64,000 nt of DNA from Mobula hypostoma (lineage: Eukaryota). This document shows positions 37,438 to 51,479 of the stretch, one piece after another. The stretch lies in NCBI RefSeq assembly GCF_963921235.1, contig NC_086097.1, positions 126,792,001-126,856,000 of the forward strand, given 5' to 3'. Within the stretch, counting starts at the first letter, position 1. The number at the start of each line of letters is the position of its first letter. Below the pieces are notes generated by a model, which saw only the letters and a list, made by a program, of their open reading frames with translations, had not been told where the DNA came from and made no database searches. The translations under genes and the position numbers were made by a program.

Positions 37438-38200
37438 GGTGGTTTATCTTGGTAGGTCAAATATGATGACAGAATATAGTATTAATGGTAAGACTCCTGG
37501 CAGTGTGGAGGATCAGAGGCATCTTGGGGTCCGAGTCCATAGGACACTCAAAGCTGCTGCACAGGTTGACTCTGTGGTTAAGAAAGCATACGGCGCATTG
37601 GCCTTCATCAATTGTGGGATTGAGTTTAGGACCCGCGAGGTAACGTTGCAGCTATATAGCACCCTGGTCAGACCCCACCTGGAGTACTGTGCTCAGTTCT
37701 GGTCGCCTCGCTATGGGAAACCATAGAAAGGGTGCAGAGAAGATTTACAAGGATGTTGCCTGGATTGGGGAGCATGCCTTGTGAGAATAGGTTGAGTGAA
37801 CTTGGCCTTTTTTCCTTGAAGCGACAGAGGATGAGAGGCGACCTGATAGAGGTGTATAAGATAATGGGAGACATTGATCATGTGGATAGTCAGAGGCTTT
37901 TTCCTGGGGCTGAAATGGCTAGCACAAGAGGGCACAGTTTTAAGGTGCTTGGAAGCAGGTACAGAGGAGATGTTAGGGATAAGTTTTTTACACAGAGAGT
38001 GGTGAGTGCATGGAATGGGCTGCTGGCGACGGTGGTGGAGGCAGATACGATAGGGTCTTTTAAGAGACTCCTGGACAGGTACATGAAGCTCAGAAAAATA
38101 GAGGGCTATGGGTAACCCTAGGTAATTTCTAAGTTAAAGACATGTTTAGCACAGCTTTGTGGGCTGAAGGGCCTGTATTGTGTTGTATGTTTTCTATGTT
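37438..38200 (+). mobile_element. CR1 3' fragment
   Basis: LVRPHLEYCAQFWSP, RMRGDLIEVYKIM; ttctatgttt tail. Confidence 0.85.
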
Positions 38201-39386
38201 TCTGCACTTCCTTTATTGTTACCACATCCTTCTTTAGTCCAGTATCCAGAACTGTGCACAATACCTTATGTGCAGCCTAACCATGCTTTTCAACTGCAAC
38301 ATTATGACCCAACTCTTAATGCCACGACTTCTGGAAGTAAGCATACCAAATGCTTTTTTTCCTATCTTGTGTCACCTGTGCGGAGAACCGAGAAAAATAA
38401 CTTCTCAGTAATACACACAAAATGCTGGAGGAGCTCATCAGGTCTGGTTATTCTGTGGAAAGGAGTAAAGAGTCAATGTTTTGGGGTGAGACTGTTCATC
38501 AGGACACATGATATGAAGAAGAATTTATCATATATACTGTATGGAAACAGGCCCATTGACACACTGAGACAATAGTTACCATTAAGTACTCAATAGCACT
38601 AATCCCACACTGGTCCTATTTTATTCTCTGAGCTGAAAGATATTCACTCGTAATTAATTCTTCTTAAGACTTGAATTATGTGAAATGTTGGCAATGTAAA
38701 TGGCTTCTGGGATGTTGCATTTTAATTGTGTTAACTCCTTCAGTGAAACCATTATTGGCCTGGAATGTTACACAAGGGCACAAAAAACAGGGGCTATAAG
38801 AGGCCATTGGGCTCCACCAGCATGTTCCACTATTCAATGTGTTCATGGTTAACTTGACCTGTGCCCTGACTTCATTTTCCCATCTGATTCTTCAGTTTCT
38901 TGCAATACAAAAATCCATGTATATCAGCCATGAGTATACATAATTTCTTTCTTAACACCTAATAAAAGTATCAAACCTGCAGTTCTTTTCCTATGCTCCA
39001 GTCTGTTTGGGTGACATACAGTATTCCAATGAGTTGTTTTGGCCCCATTTTCAAGCATGTTAGCCTTATGTATTTCAGTGTTAAACCTGACCTCACCTGA
39101 GACCTTTCATTGTATTCCACCTGTTGCAATGTTACTTTCCTGTTCACATCTTTTTATCTTCTTCAGTTCAGACATGAGTTTACTTCTAAACAAAGTCAGT
39201 CAGTTATTTGTTCTGAATGAACTTCAGATTGTTTATTTGACCCCTAATTAAACATTGCACGTGGCTTGAGATCATCAGAGTTTTGCTTTCATTATAATTG
39301 GAATGATCAAATATATTCATGTCATCTCATTCTGATAAAAAGTGTTAAAATCATTCCATTTGTTAATTTTTTACATTACATATGTA

Positions 39387-40065
39387 TGTAAGGGGTTTCT
39401 TCTTTTATGTTATTGCTAAGGCTAATAAAATGGTTTCTCTGTGATGTTAACCACTGAGACAGTGGTTCTCTCTCTAGCAGCTAGTTTGGGTTATATTACT
39501 GATAATGAGAACTGTATTAATTTGCTGCCCAATTGGGATAGATGTTATTCTTTCTTGTGTGTCTGTAAGCTATTGTTTTCGCGGGCTTTGGGCAGAAGGC
39601 GGATGGGGGCAGAGAGGGGAGACGCGATGCTGTTGCTGGGTGATGGAACGGACCCCGAGCGGGAGTCTGAGGCCCTGGGTCTTCAGCGAGGAGAGGAGAC
39701 GAGGACAGACTCGTGTGGAGCGTCTGGTCGACCACCGTGGTTGGTCCCAGGCTGCGGGTCGAGGAGGTCAGAGGAGATTGAATGGTGGAAAGAAGACTCC
39801 GTTAATCAAGCTCCAACGGTTGTGTATGAAGTGGTTGAACTCTGATAGGTTTGGCGCCTTCTACTTTCCCTTTTATATTGTATCTCTATTAAATACATAG
39901 TTTCAGTAAGATTTATAAAGTATAATTATTTAATCGCATATGGTGTACTGTTTGTTATTCGGTGTGGTGGGGTATATCACACAGCATCTACCCAAACTTG
40001 ATTACCCAGTTTGGAGGGGTTGAAGGCTGCTCCCCCTAGATGAAAGCGAGCTGAGTGATAATACA
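39387..40065 (+). mobile_element. Solo LTR (679 bp)
   Basis: TG...CA ends; 4-bp TSD tgta at 39383-39386 and 40066-40069; ATTAAA near 39888. Confidence 0.75.
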
Positions 40066-43000
40066 TGTAAAATAGTCATAATACTTATTGTTATGTAAGA
40101 CATTAGTTTGAGAAGCCCATGATTATAAACAAAGGGAAAGTTGACAGCACTTAGATATGGAAGTAGAGGATAGTTTCATTGTGCAGAAGAGCACAAATGT
40201 AGTTGGCGTGCTCTTGAGAGTGGCAAGCTGGCTTTGAGAAACTGAAGATATGGCTATGATTTAAAAATACTATAATCAAGGGCAATTTTGGAGAGAGCAG
40301 CAATATAAGAAAGAAGATCAGAAGCGGCTGCAGAATTGGAAACAGAAGAAGAACTAGGATCGCATTGATAGCAGATTAGGTCACTGGTGTAATAGATGAC
40401 ATGTGTAGGAGCAACTCAGTGTGTCAGGCACCATCTAGGAGGGAATGCACTCGGCATTTTGGGTTGAGACCCTTCACCTGAACTCTCCTAGATGCTACCT
40501 GTCCTGTTGATTTCCTCAAGCAGTTTGTGTTTAGCCCTTCATTCCACCATCCACAGCGACACTTTGTGTTGCTCTACCGTATGTAGCCTGGTTTTCAGGG
40601 CATGATCCAGATGTGGTTTCTGGCCATTGTATTAAGTAGGCTAAAATATTTTGGTTGCTTGCAATAGTAACATTTTCACCGATTTGCTTATTTTAGTAGT
40701 GAAGTTTGTTCAAATATGTATACATGGGGAATTTTTGGTTCAAATATTGTAAGTTAGTGGGTTAATAATTTTTGATGCTGCACAGAAACAGTGCTGCCAG
40801 AGAGTGGAGAGAAGGGGAGGAAGGTGGAAGGAAAACGTTTGGTCAAATTCCCTTTGGCAGTGCTTCATATTTAGGTCCATTTGTTGCTTGATAGATTAAA
40901 GAAATATTTTGTTTCAGACTCAAATGTTTTTGTTAGTGTAGACAGAAGAAGGTGCTTCTTCTGACCGGTGAAATGGTAATCTGACAATCCAAATTTAAGA
41001 TAATTATTAACAGAACTAAATAGTGATGAGGGGAAAGAAAAACAATAATGGTGAATTGTTCTGATCTGTTATGCAATGCCTGAAAGGATGGTGGAAATTG
41101 TTTCAGAAGGGCTTTGGATGTAGACATGGAAAGGGATATGTTCTAGTGTGAAGAAATGGGCAATAAAGTGGGACTTACTGGAACTCTCTTTCAAATAGTA
41201 GAGTGAAATGGGCCAAATGGCACCCTTCCACAATGATGCAAGTGGGTTTTAAACCACTTGTTGTCCAGGAGACCACCACAGTCATCTGAAGAGACCTGCA
41301 GCACTATTTCTAAGTTATTTCATCCCAGTAACTGGAAAGCAAAAGCTGGGAATCTGAAATATAAGCAGGGGTTGTTGGAAATACTTACTAGGTCATGCAG
41401 CATCTGTGGAGGGAGAAGTAGAATCACAAAATCATTGAATGAGTACAGGAGGGAGGCTATTCAGCTCATTAAATCCATACTGTTTCAATAGTCCTGCTAA
41501 TCCCTCTCCCCTGCATTCTCATCATGGACCCATTTGATTTCTTTTCTTTCAGACATCTGTCCAACTCACTTTTGAAATCTCCAGTTTAGCATTTGCACTC
41601 TGCATTCCAAACCCTAAACATTCATGGCATAAAAATTATTCTTTATGATACTCTTGCATTTTTGCCAATCACCTTCACTCTCTCTCCCCTATTTTGTGAC
41701 CAGCCATCAGGAAATATTTATTCACCATCTACATTGTTCAAAGTGATCCGAAACACATCCATCCAAAAGACTTTCTGAAGGTCCCTTCAGAACCATCTCA
41801 ATGCTATTTTACCACTTTCTCAACTTGCCCATCTACTTTTAACAATCTATGCACATGTACCCCAGATCTGTCTTTCTTCTACTCTTTAGAGACTTCTTAT
41901 TTCTGTTTATTTTGACTCTTCACATTTCTCAGCATGAATTTTCACCTAACAACACACAAAGTGCTGGAGGAACTTAATGGGTTAGACAACATCAACGAAG
42001 GATAATGGCTAGTTGACGTTTCAGATTGAGACCCTTCATCGAGTCTGACCCAAAACATCAATTGTCCATTTTTCTTTATAGATGCGGCCTGGCCTTCTGA
42101 ATTCCTTCAATTCCTTTGAGTGTTGCTCCAGATTTCCAGCACCTACAGTTTCTTTTGTGTTTGCAATAATTTTCACCTACCATCCATCTGCCCATTTCAA
42201 CAGCCTAAGTACATTATCTACATGTACTTTAAGTAAATCACTATCTGGTCTAAATGTTGTGTCATCTACAAAACTGGAAACAGTACTCTCTACATCTAAA
42301 CCCAAGAGAAAAATAATCAAAATACATTGTTTTACACTTGCTTCAGTCTGTAAAATGACCTTTCATTATTTCTTTCTGATTCCTGTTACCTAGCCAGCTT
42401 TTGAGCTGTGCTTCCAAGGTTTTGTTTGTTCCATGGCTTTAATTTTGATGATAATTTTTATTAAACATCATTCAGAAGTCTGTATAGACCATATCAACTT
42501 CATTTGCCTCTCTGTTACTTCATCAAAAACCCCCAATTTAGTTGGACACAATTTGCCTTCAACAATTACATGCTGGCTTTCTCTAAACCTTCCACATTTG
42601 TCCAAGTTACAGCTGATGCTGTTTCTGGTATTACTTTTCTCAGGTTAAGTTGGGTTGTAATTATTAGATTCATCCCGTACTTTTTCCTAAATAGGTGTAA
42701 CTTTTGCAATTTCCAATCTATAACTGCTACCTTAATCTGTGGACGTATGTAAGATTATGACTTGACCTTCTGCTACCGCCTTTCCTATTTACCTCAGCAA
42801 CCAGATGAACATTTCATTGAAACTAGATTAATCATCCATTTTTAGTACAATTAGATGTTCAAGACCCAATCTTTTTCTTTAGCGTTTGCAGAATAATGTC
42901 TTCCTTTGCTGAGACACCTAAAATGTCTAGAATTTTTAATACTAAGAGATCCAGTGCAATGAAAGTAACTGGGGGCTTTGTTTAGATCAGTACAATTGAG

Positions 43001-43294
43001 TACATTCACACACTCACACACTTCAATTTGGGTGCCCAGTTGGAAAGTTGCATTAAGTTTTCCACTGTGGGCCCCAGGAAAGAAACACTGCAAAGCATAG
43101 CAACCTAATAAAACACAAGAATACTGCAAACACTCAGCAAGTCAGGCAGAACCAAAGTTAATGCTTTAGGTTGGTGACCTTCCATCAGATTTATTTTCTT
43201 TCCCATATTTGATGCAAGATAAAGCAATAAAAATGTGGTATGATTGGCTTACTGTTCCAACAGCAAAAGCATTTATAAATGATTTTCTGAACAA

Positions 43295-43602
43295 GGTCAC
43301 CACGGTAGCATAACGGTTAGCGTGATGCTATTACAGCTTGGGGTGTTCCAGAGTTTGGAGTTCAATCCTGGCGCTGTTAGTAAGGAGTTTGTACGTTCCA
43401 CCCATGGCTGCCTGGGTTTTCTCCAGGTGCTCTGGTTTCCTCCCACAGTCCAAAGACATACTGGTTAGTAGGTTCATTGGTCATTGAAAACTGCTTGGTG
43501 ATTAGGCGAGTGTTAAAGAGATGGATTGCTGGGTGGTGAGGCTCATTGGGGTGGAAGGGCCTGTTTGGTGCTGTATCTCTAAATAAATAAATAAATAAAT
43601 TA
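43295..43602 (+). mobile_element. V-SINE-like element
   Basis: tRNA-like head, V-domain-like core, (TAAA)n tail. Confidence 0.7.
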
Positions 43603-45301
43603 AATGTGCATGAAAGATTCGTTAGTCTAAAAGGTATCACATCTGTTTTTCATATTTCAATAGAAAAAGGCACATACAATGCTCTAAATAGTTTCATAAT
43701 TTGATGCTAATTGCATCAAGATTTATTTAATTAAACACTGTCATAGTGTAGTTTGTATATTTAAATGATAAAGGACCTTCCATGAAGTCTTTCTTTTGAA
43801 AAAGTCTTAATCTAATGTATGAATCTTTACACAAACTGAAAAGTTCATTAATATTAATTGCTTGCTTTTAGCAGATGACTGTAAGGGTTCATTTCCTTTA
43901 AATGTGACCATGGGATTAATGGTTGTGTGTGAATTCCAACTGATTTGTTGAGGGATTGAGATGCTATAGGCAAAGGCGAGAATTGACTATTTTGGTCTGT
44001 CTGATAAAATGCTCCATTTGCTCTAAAGAAAATTACACTATAAAGATTATCTGGCAGATCAGTCAGCAGAACAAATCTACAGAATTTTTCTTGAAATGAA
44101 CTAGTGGGCAAAGGAAGCAGTGAGTAATTTATGCACACTGCCCAGAACCTTGTTTACACCTTTAAGTCTAAAACTCAACCTAACCATTGCCAGTCTGAAT
44201 TGGAAGTGGGTCCAACACTTATAGTCAGGTCCCTCTGAGCTCATGTTGGCTGGACAGACAGTAAATAATGCACTGCGCCACATTTATAAAGAGATCACCC
44301 AGACAGTTTTAATCCACACCCAAAGGATTGCTGTTTTTTTGATGGTTTGCTTCCATCCAGGTTGTTTTGGGTAGCCAAGCTCAAAATACCTCAACACTAA
44401 AACTGCACTCCTCTCCCTCATTCTCAAGAAAGGTGTCAGCTCAATACCCAAATGTGTTACACTTTTTAAGGAACTTATGGAGAGTTCTGCCTGTGACACC
44501 CTCCCCCTCCCCCTCCCTGAAACCTGAAGGATTCTCAGGTGATGGATCCAACTTCTGTGACTGAAGTTCCAGTTTGTGACTGAACCTGGCTGGATCAACT
44601 TGTCATTGCTTTCCAGGGTCTGGCAAACCCAACAATCACTGTTACTTTCTGTGGAGAGAATATTCACAGCAAAACAGCACTGCCTTATGTTGCAGTAGAT
44701 CTTGGCTGCTTTATCCCAGCACAATGCTTTTCACTGTAACTGGTAGGGTTGAGTTGAGTTGGATAAGGTCTTACCTTTGTCTGTGGTAGGACCAGTGTTC
44801 TCTATTCTCCGTCAAGCATGTGTGCAATGTAGCAAGTCCTTTGTGTGCAAATAGCTGTGTTGAATGTGAAAAATGTTAAAGCTCTTTGGATTTAAGTTCA
44901 GTTATAATTTAATATCCAGTGAGATCCTTGTCTGAATGAAACTCCAGACAGGTCATGAACCTACTGTCTCTATCTGCTGAAGGATACATTCAGACCAAAA
45001 CTTCTATTAAAACAATCCACTAACTTGCAGCCATTGTTCAGTTGGGTACTATGGTCCTCTCAACTTCCTTTAGAGTATTCCATTGTAAAGTGTGCCCTGT
45101 TGGAGTAAATCCATGTGCACCCGAACCTGGATCACTGGGCTCTAAAATTCACCCAAGCTCAATGTGCTACTGATTCTTCATTTCACATCCCTCAGGACAC
45201 AGCAACAGACACGATGTGCAAAACATCTGGATCTTGCACTCACTCATTCATCAGAACCTCTCTGAACCACTGCACCCTCTCCTCACCACCCCCAACTCAG
45301 C

Positions 45302-45995
45302 ACATAGTTTAGAAATATAGAAAATAGGTGCAGGAGTAGGCCATTCAGCCCTTCAAGCCTGCACTGCCATTCAGTATGATCATGGCTGATCATCCAACTC
45401 AGAACCCTGTACCTGCCTTCTCTCCATATCCCCTGATCCCTTTAGCCACAAGGGCCATATCTAACTCCCTCTTAAATATAGCCAATGAACTGGCCTCAAC
45501 TGTTTCCTGTGGCAGAGAATTCCACAGATTCACCACTCTCTGTGTGAAGAAGTTTTTCCTCATCTTGGTCCTAAAAGGCTTCCCCTTTATCCTCAAACTG
45601 TGACCCCTCGTTCTGGACTTCCCCAACATCGGGAACAATCTTCCTGCATCTAGCCTGTCCAGTCCCTTTAGAATTTTATACGTTTCAATAAGATCCCCCC
45701 TCAATCTTCTATATTCCAGTGAGTATAAGCCTAGTTGATGCAGTCTTTCATCATAGGGAAGTCCTGCCATCCCAGGAATCAATCTTGTGAACCTTCTTTG
45801 TACTCCCTCTATGGCAAGAATGTCTTTCCTCAGATTAGTGGAGCAAAACTACACAAAACTCCAGGTGTGGTCCCACCAAGGCCTTGTACAACTGCAGTAG
45901 TACCTCCCGGCTCCTGTACTCGAATCCTCTTGCTATGAATGCCAGCATACCATTCGCCTTTTTCACCGCCTGCTGTACCTGCATGCCCACTTTTC
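45302..45995 (-). mobile_element. Young CR1 3' fragment
   Basis: ORF 45399-45782 nearly identical to the C-terminus of the adjacent long CR1. Confidence 0.9.
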
Positions 45996-46047
45996 AAGGA
46001 AACCTTTCTATATTGCTACCCACACCTTGACAATATCGGTGAGGACA

Positions 46048-49000
46048 TAGAGACATAGAAGCATAGAAAATAGGTGCAGGAGTAGGCCATTCGGCCCTTC
46101 GAGCCTGCACCGCCATTTATTATGATCATGGCTGATCATCCAACTAGAACCCTGCCCCAGCCTTCCCTCCATACCCCCTGATCCCCATAGCCACAAGGGC
46201 CATAGCTAACTCCCTCTTAAATATAGCCAATGAACTGGCCTCAACTGTTTCCTGTGGCAGAGAATTCCACAGATTCACCACTCTCTGTGTGAAGAAGTTT
46301 TTCCTAATCTCGGTCCTAAAAGGCTTCCCCTTTATCCTCAGACTGTGACCCTTCGTTCTGGACTTCCCCAACATCGGGAACAATCTTCCTGCATCTAGCC
46401 TGTCCAATCCCTTTAGGATTTTATACGTTTCAATCAGATCCCCCCTCAATCTTCTAAATTCCAACGAGTACAAGCCCAGTTCATTCAGTCTTTCTTCATA
46501 TGAAAGTCCTGCCATCCCAGGAATCAATCTGGTGAACCTTCTTTGTACTCCCTCTATGGCAAGGATGTCCTTCCTCAGATTAGGGGACCAAAACTGCACA
46601 CAATACTCCAGGTGTGGTCTCACCAAGGCCTTGTACAACTGCAGTAGTACCTCCCTGCTCCTGTACTCGAATCCTCTCGCTATAAATGCCAGCATACCAT
46701 TCGCCTTTTTCTCCGCCTGCTGTACCTGCATGCCCACTTTCAATGACTGGTGTATAATGACACCCAGGTCTCATTGCACCTCCCCTTTCCCTAATCGGCC
46801 ACCATTCAGATAATAATCTGTTTTCCTATTTTTGCCACCAAAGTGGATAACTTCACATTTATCCACATTAAATTGCATCTGCCATGAATTTGCCCACTCA
46901 CCCAACCTATCCAAGTCACTCTGCATCCTCTTAGCATCCTCCTCACAGCTAACACTGCCACCCAGCTTCGTGTCATCCGCAAACTTGGAGATGCTGCATT
47001 TAATTCCCTCATCCAAGTCATTAATATATATTGTAAACAACTGGGGTCCCAGCACTGAGCCTTGCGGTACTCCACTAGTCACTGCCTGCCATTCTGAAAA
47101 GGTCCCATTTATTCCCACTCTTTGCTTCCTGTCTGCAAACCAATTCTCTATCCACATCAATACCTTACCCCTAATACCGTGTGCTTTAAGTTTGCACACT
47201 AATCTCCTGTGTGGGACCTTGTCAAAAGCCTTTTGAAAATCCAAATATACCACATCCACTGGTTCTCCCCTATCCACTCTACTAGTTACATCCTCAAAAA
47301 ATTCTATGAGATTCGTCAGACATGATTTTCCTTTCACAAATCCATGCTGACTTTGTCCAATGATTTCACCGCTTTCCAAATGTGCTGTTATCACATCTTT
47401 GATAACTGACTCCAGCAGTTTCCCCACCACCGACATTAGGCTAACCGGTCTATAATTCCCCAGTTTCTCTCTCCCTCCTTTTTTAAAATGTGGGGTTACA
47501 TTAGCCACCCTCCAATCCTCAGGAACTAGTCCAGAATCTAACGAGTTTTGAAAAATTATCACTAATGCATCCACTATTTCTTGGGCTACTTCCTTAAGCA
47601 CTCTGGGATGCAGACCATCTGGCCCTGGGGATTTATCTGCCTTTAATCCCTTCAATTTACCTAACACCACTTCCCTACTAACATGTATTTCGCTCAGTTC
47701 CTCCATCTCACTGGACCCACTGTCCTCTACTATTTCTGGAAGATTATTTATGTCCTCCTTAGTGAAGACAGAACCAAAGTAATTATTCAATTGGTCTGCC
47801 ATGTCCTTGCTCCCCATAATCAATTCACCTGTTTCTGTCTGTAGGGGACCTACATTTGTCTTTACCAGTCTTTTCCTTTTTACATATCTATAAAAGCTTT
47901 TACAGTCAGTTTTTATGATCCCTGCCAGTTTTCTCTCATAATCTTTTTTCCCCTTCCTAATTAAGCCCTTTGTCCTTCTCTGCTGAACTCTGAATTTCTC
48001 CCAGTCCTCAGGTGAGCCACTTTTTCTGGCTAATTTGTATGCTTCTTCTTTGGAATTGATACTATCCCTAATTTCTCTTGTCAGCCACGGGTGCACTACC
48101 TTCCTTGATTTATTCTTTTGCCAAACTGGGATGAACAATTGTTGTAGTTCATCCATGCAATCTTTAAATGCTTGCCATTGCATATCCACCATCAATCCTT
48201 TAAGTGTCATTTGCCAGTCTATCTTAGCTAATTCACGTCTCATACCTTCAAAGTTACCCCTCTTTAAGTTCAGAACCTTTGTTTCTGAATTAACTATGTC
48301 ACTCTCCATCTTAATGAAGAATTCCACCATATTATGGTCACTCTTACCCAAGGGGCCTCTCACGACAAGATTGCTAATTAATCCTTCCTCATTGCTCAAA
48401 ACCCAGTCCAGAATAGCCTGCTCTCTAGTTGGTTCATTGACATGTTGGTTCAAAAAACCATCCCGCATACATTCCAAGAAATCCTCTTCCTCAGCACCTT
48501 TACCAATTTGGTTCACCCAATCTACATGTAGATTGAAGTCACCCATTATAACTGCTGTTCCTTTATTGCACACATTTCTAATTTCCTGTTTAATACCATC
48601 TCTGACCTCACTACTACTGTTAAGTGGCCTGTACACAACTCCCACCAGCGTTTTCTGCCCCTTAGTGTTACGCAGCTCTACCCATATCGATTCCACATCC
48701 TCCTGGCTTATGTCCTTCCTTTCTATTGCGTTAATCTCCTCTTTAACCAGCAACGCCACCCCACCTCCTTTTCTTTCATGTCTATCCCTCCTGAATATTG
48801 AATATCCCTGAACGTTGAGCTCCCATCCTTGGTCACCCTGGAGCCATGTCTCTGTGATCCCAACTATATCATAATCATTAATAACAATCTGCACTTTCAA
48901 TTCATCCACCTTGTTACGAATGCTCCTTGCATTGACACACAAAGCCTTCAGGCGCTCTTTTACAACTCTCTTAGCCCTTATACAATTATGTTGAAAAGTG

Positions 49001-49183
49001 GCCCTTTTTAATGCTTGCCCTGGATTTGTCGGCCTGCCACTTTTACTTTTCTCCTTAGTACTTTTTGCTTCTACCCTCACTTTACACCCCTCTGTCTCTC
49101 TGCACTGGTTCCCATCCCCCTGTTGTGAACTAACCTCCTCTCGCCTAGCCTCTTTAATTTGATTCCCACCCCCCAACCATTCT
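46048..49183 (-). mobile_element. CR1 LINE, near-complete ORF2 (APE endonuclease and RT) with one premature stop
   Basis: ORF 49176-46771 (VNARSIRNK, GKSDH, LDFQKAFDKV, GVPQGSVLGP, KFADD); TGA at 46771-46773; same frame continues to 46144; TCTATG-type tail; possible 6-bp TSD aggaca. Confidence 0.95.
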
Positions 49184-50099
49184 AGGACAGATGGATTAGA
49201 TCCAGAACAATAAAGTTGAATCTAATCTAATCTAATTGTACTTGGAAATTGTGGAGTGAGCAGGAGATTGATTTGTTCGAAAGTACCCAACAATGAATAT
49301 CCCTCAGTTAAGACCATAACCACATTAAACACTTCAATTATTTTTAATATTCTGCTTTCTACCGTGGTTATTGGTCCAGATTTTCCCTGGCAGCCATTTG
49401 TGACCTTGCAGTTTTGGCAGAGGCTTTTCATCATTTTTCTGATCACAATGTGACAACTGATAAATAACACAGCCTGTGGAGCAGACAAAAGAATTTAAGG
49501 ATGGCACTGGCCTGACTTGACCTTTATTGTTCTTAACTAAAGCGACCGCACGGTAACAGGCCATTCCAGCCCAACTAGCCCACACCGCCCAATTACCTCC
49601 ATGTAACCAATTAACCTACTATCCTGTACATCTTTGGAATGTGGGAGGAAACCAGAGCACCCAGAGGAAACCCACATGGTCACGGGGAAAATGTACAAGC
49701 TCCTTACAGACAGTGGCATCTCTCTTACCCTGGTAGGGGAGGAATTGAGATATGGTAATCATGGCCATCAAGAAAGGATGTACCCAACTGTGGTTATTGT
49801 AATCACTACCCCTCTGCTACAGGGAAATCACTGCCAGAATCCTCCTCAACTGCATGCATCTGGTGGCTGAACAGTTCCTTCAAAAGTCGCAACAGAATCA
49901 TAGAGTTGTTTAGCACTGAAATAGGCCCTTTGGTCCATCACAGCTATGCTGACCCTTTTGCCCAGCTACATTAACCCCATTTGCCTAGTTAGGTCCATAT
50001 CCTCCCACGGCTCGTAAATGTAGTAGTTGTATCTGATTCCCCCAATCCCTTGGGCAACGTGTTCCATGTAGATTCTGGCCTTCAAGATGTACAGTGAAT

Positions 50100-50310
50100 A
50101 TGATCTTCATTATGGGATGTCCAACACAAATATAGCCAGTAACAGAATCCATTCTGTCTGGCTCTCTCTGACCTCACAAAAGCCGTCGGCACCAGCAACC
50201 AAGAAAGGATATTGGGAGCCCTCCTCAATTTTGGCTCTCCTTGGAAATTCATTATCATCTTACATTTACTACACAAGATCATGCCAGCTGTGATCCTAAT
50301 AAATGGGTGC
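50100..50310 (+). mobile_element. Old RTE/BovB-like RT fragment
   Basis: gacctcacaaaagcc (DLTKA..) and downstream decayed RT motif spacing. Confidence 0.4.
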
Positions 50311-51479
50311 ATCATTCAGCTTTAGGAAAACGATGTCATCACCTACTCACTCTTCTTTGGTGCAATAATTTGGAATGAGAGTTCATCACAGGACCAATGG
50401 TTCATTCTTGTTTTCTACTCCAAAGCTAAGATTAGCTGTTACAAATGCAGAACACAATAGACAATAGACAATATAACACACTACCACAAAGCATTCTTGT
50501 GGATGAACTAATCCTAGATTTTCAGAAAATATATCGTGAGATGCTGCATCAATGGTTAATGAAAAATAAAAGCCACGGCTTAGAAGGAACTTATTAGTGT
50601 GGATAGAAGAAAGGCAGGACTAGGCATACATTTTTTTTGTCTTTCTGGTTAGCGGGATGTAATAAATTCAAAGATTGGAAGTACACTTATCTGTCTTCCC
50701 ACAGACAGCCACGAAACAAAGAAACACCATGGAACTCGTTCAAAGAAAATTTTAAGCACCCAATGTGCAAAAAGAAGAATGCATTGCGCAAACGGCAAAA
50801 ATCGAGTGAAAAAGGCAGGATATAAAACATCAAACCACAGTCATTGAAACAGTCCAGGAATGTCCACTCATTTCAGTTCAATTCATCGCCGTGTCATTCG
50901 TTGATGGCAGGCCGCAGAACCAGTCGGCCCCGGTCAAAATCCCACAAAATAGCCATCAAAAAGGAGAAGTCCAGCTCACAAACCGCGTCGATTAAACCTT
51001 GCCCAGGACCCAAGACCCAAGACTCTGGTAGCAGCGAACGAGAGACCCGTCAAACGCAGAGAGGATTGGATTGACACATGGCATCCCGGGTGATGTTGAC
51101 ACAAACAGCAATGGGAGCCTCGAACATCTGAGTGTACCCTTCACCTGCCCCTGCGAGTCTGCCGATTGCGCACAGGACCCTTCAAGCTCCTCAGAACACA
51201 CAACTGGAGTGAAAGCAAGTCCACAACAGAAGGACAGGTGGGACCCCAACTTGCAGCAGTTTTTCTCCACCAATTTTTCCCCCAGACATCCTGTACCAAT
51301 TTGGACTCGAAGTGTGAAGCATGGAGGAGGTATTCCTCGATTCGTTGCCTTGGCGGAGTACACATTTTGCCGAGAATTTATTTTGAGATGCTTGAATGTT
51401 TTCATGCATTTATTTCCAAGATTAAAAAAAAAATGAAATGCTATTTTACACTTTGCCGATGCTCACTATGAAGTGCTAA

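Noticed and set aside
44284..44790. Unique-looking segment with a minus-strand donor-like site and a 146-aa ORF
   Set aside because: No recognisable protein similarity or matching acceptor; cannot be supported without transcript data.
48035..48811. 258-aa plus-strand ORF
   Set aside because: Antisense shadow of the CR1 ORF2; the same applies to the plus-strand ORFs at 62325-63545 over the HERO-like element.
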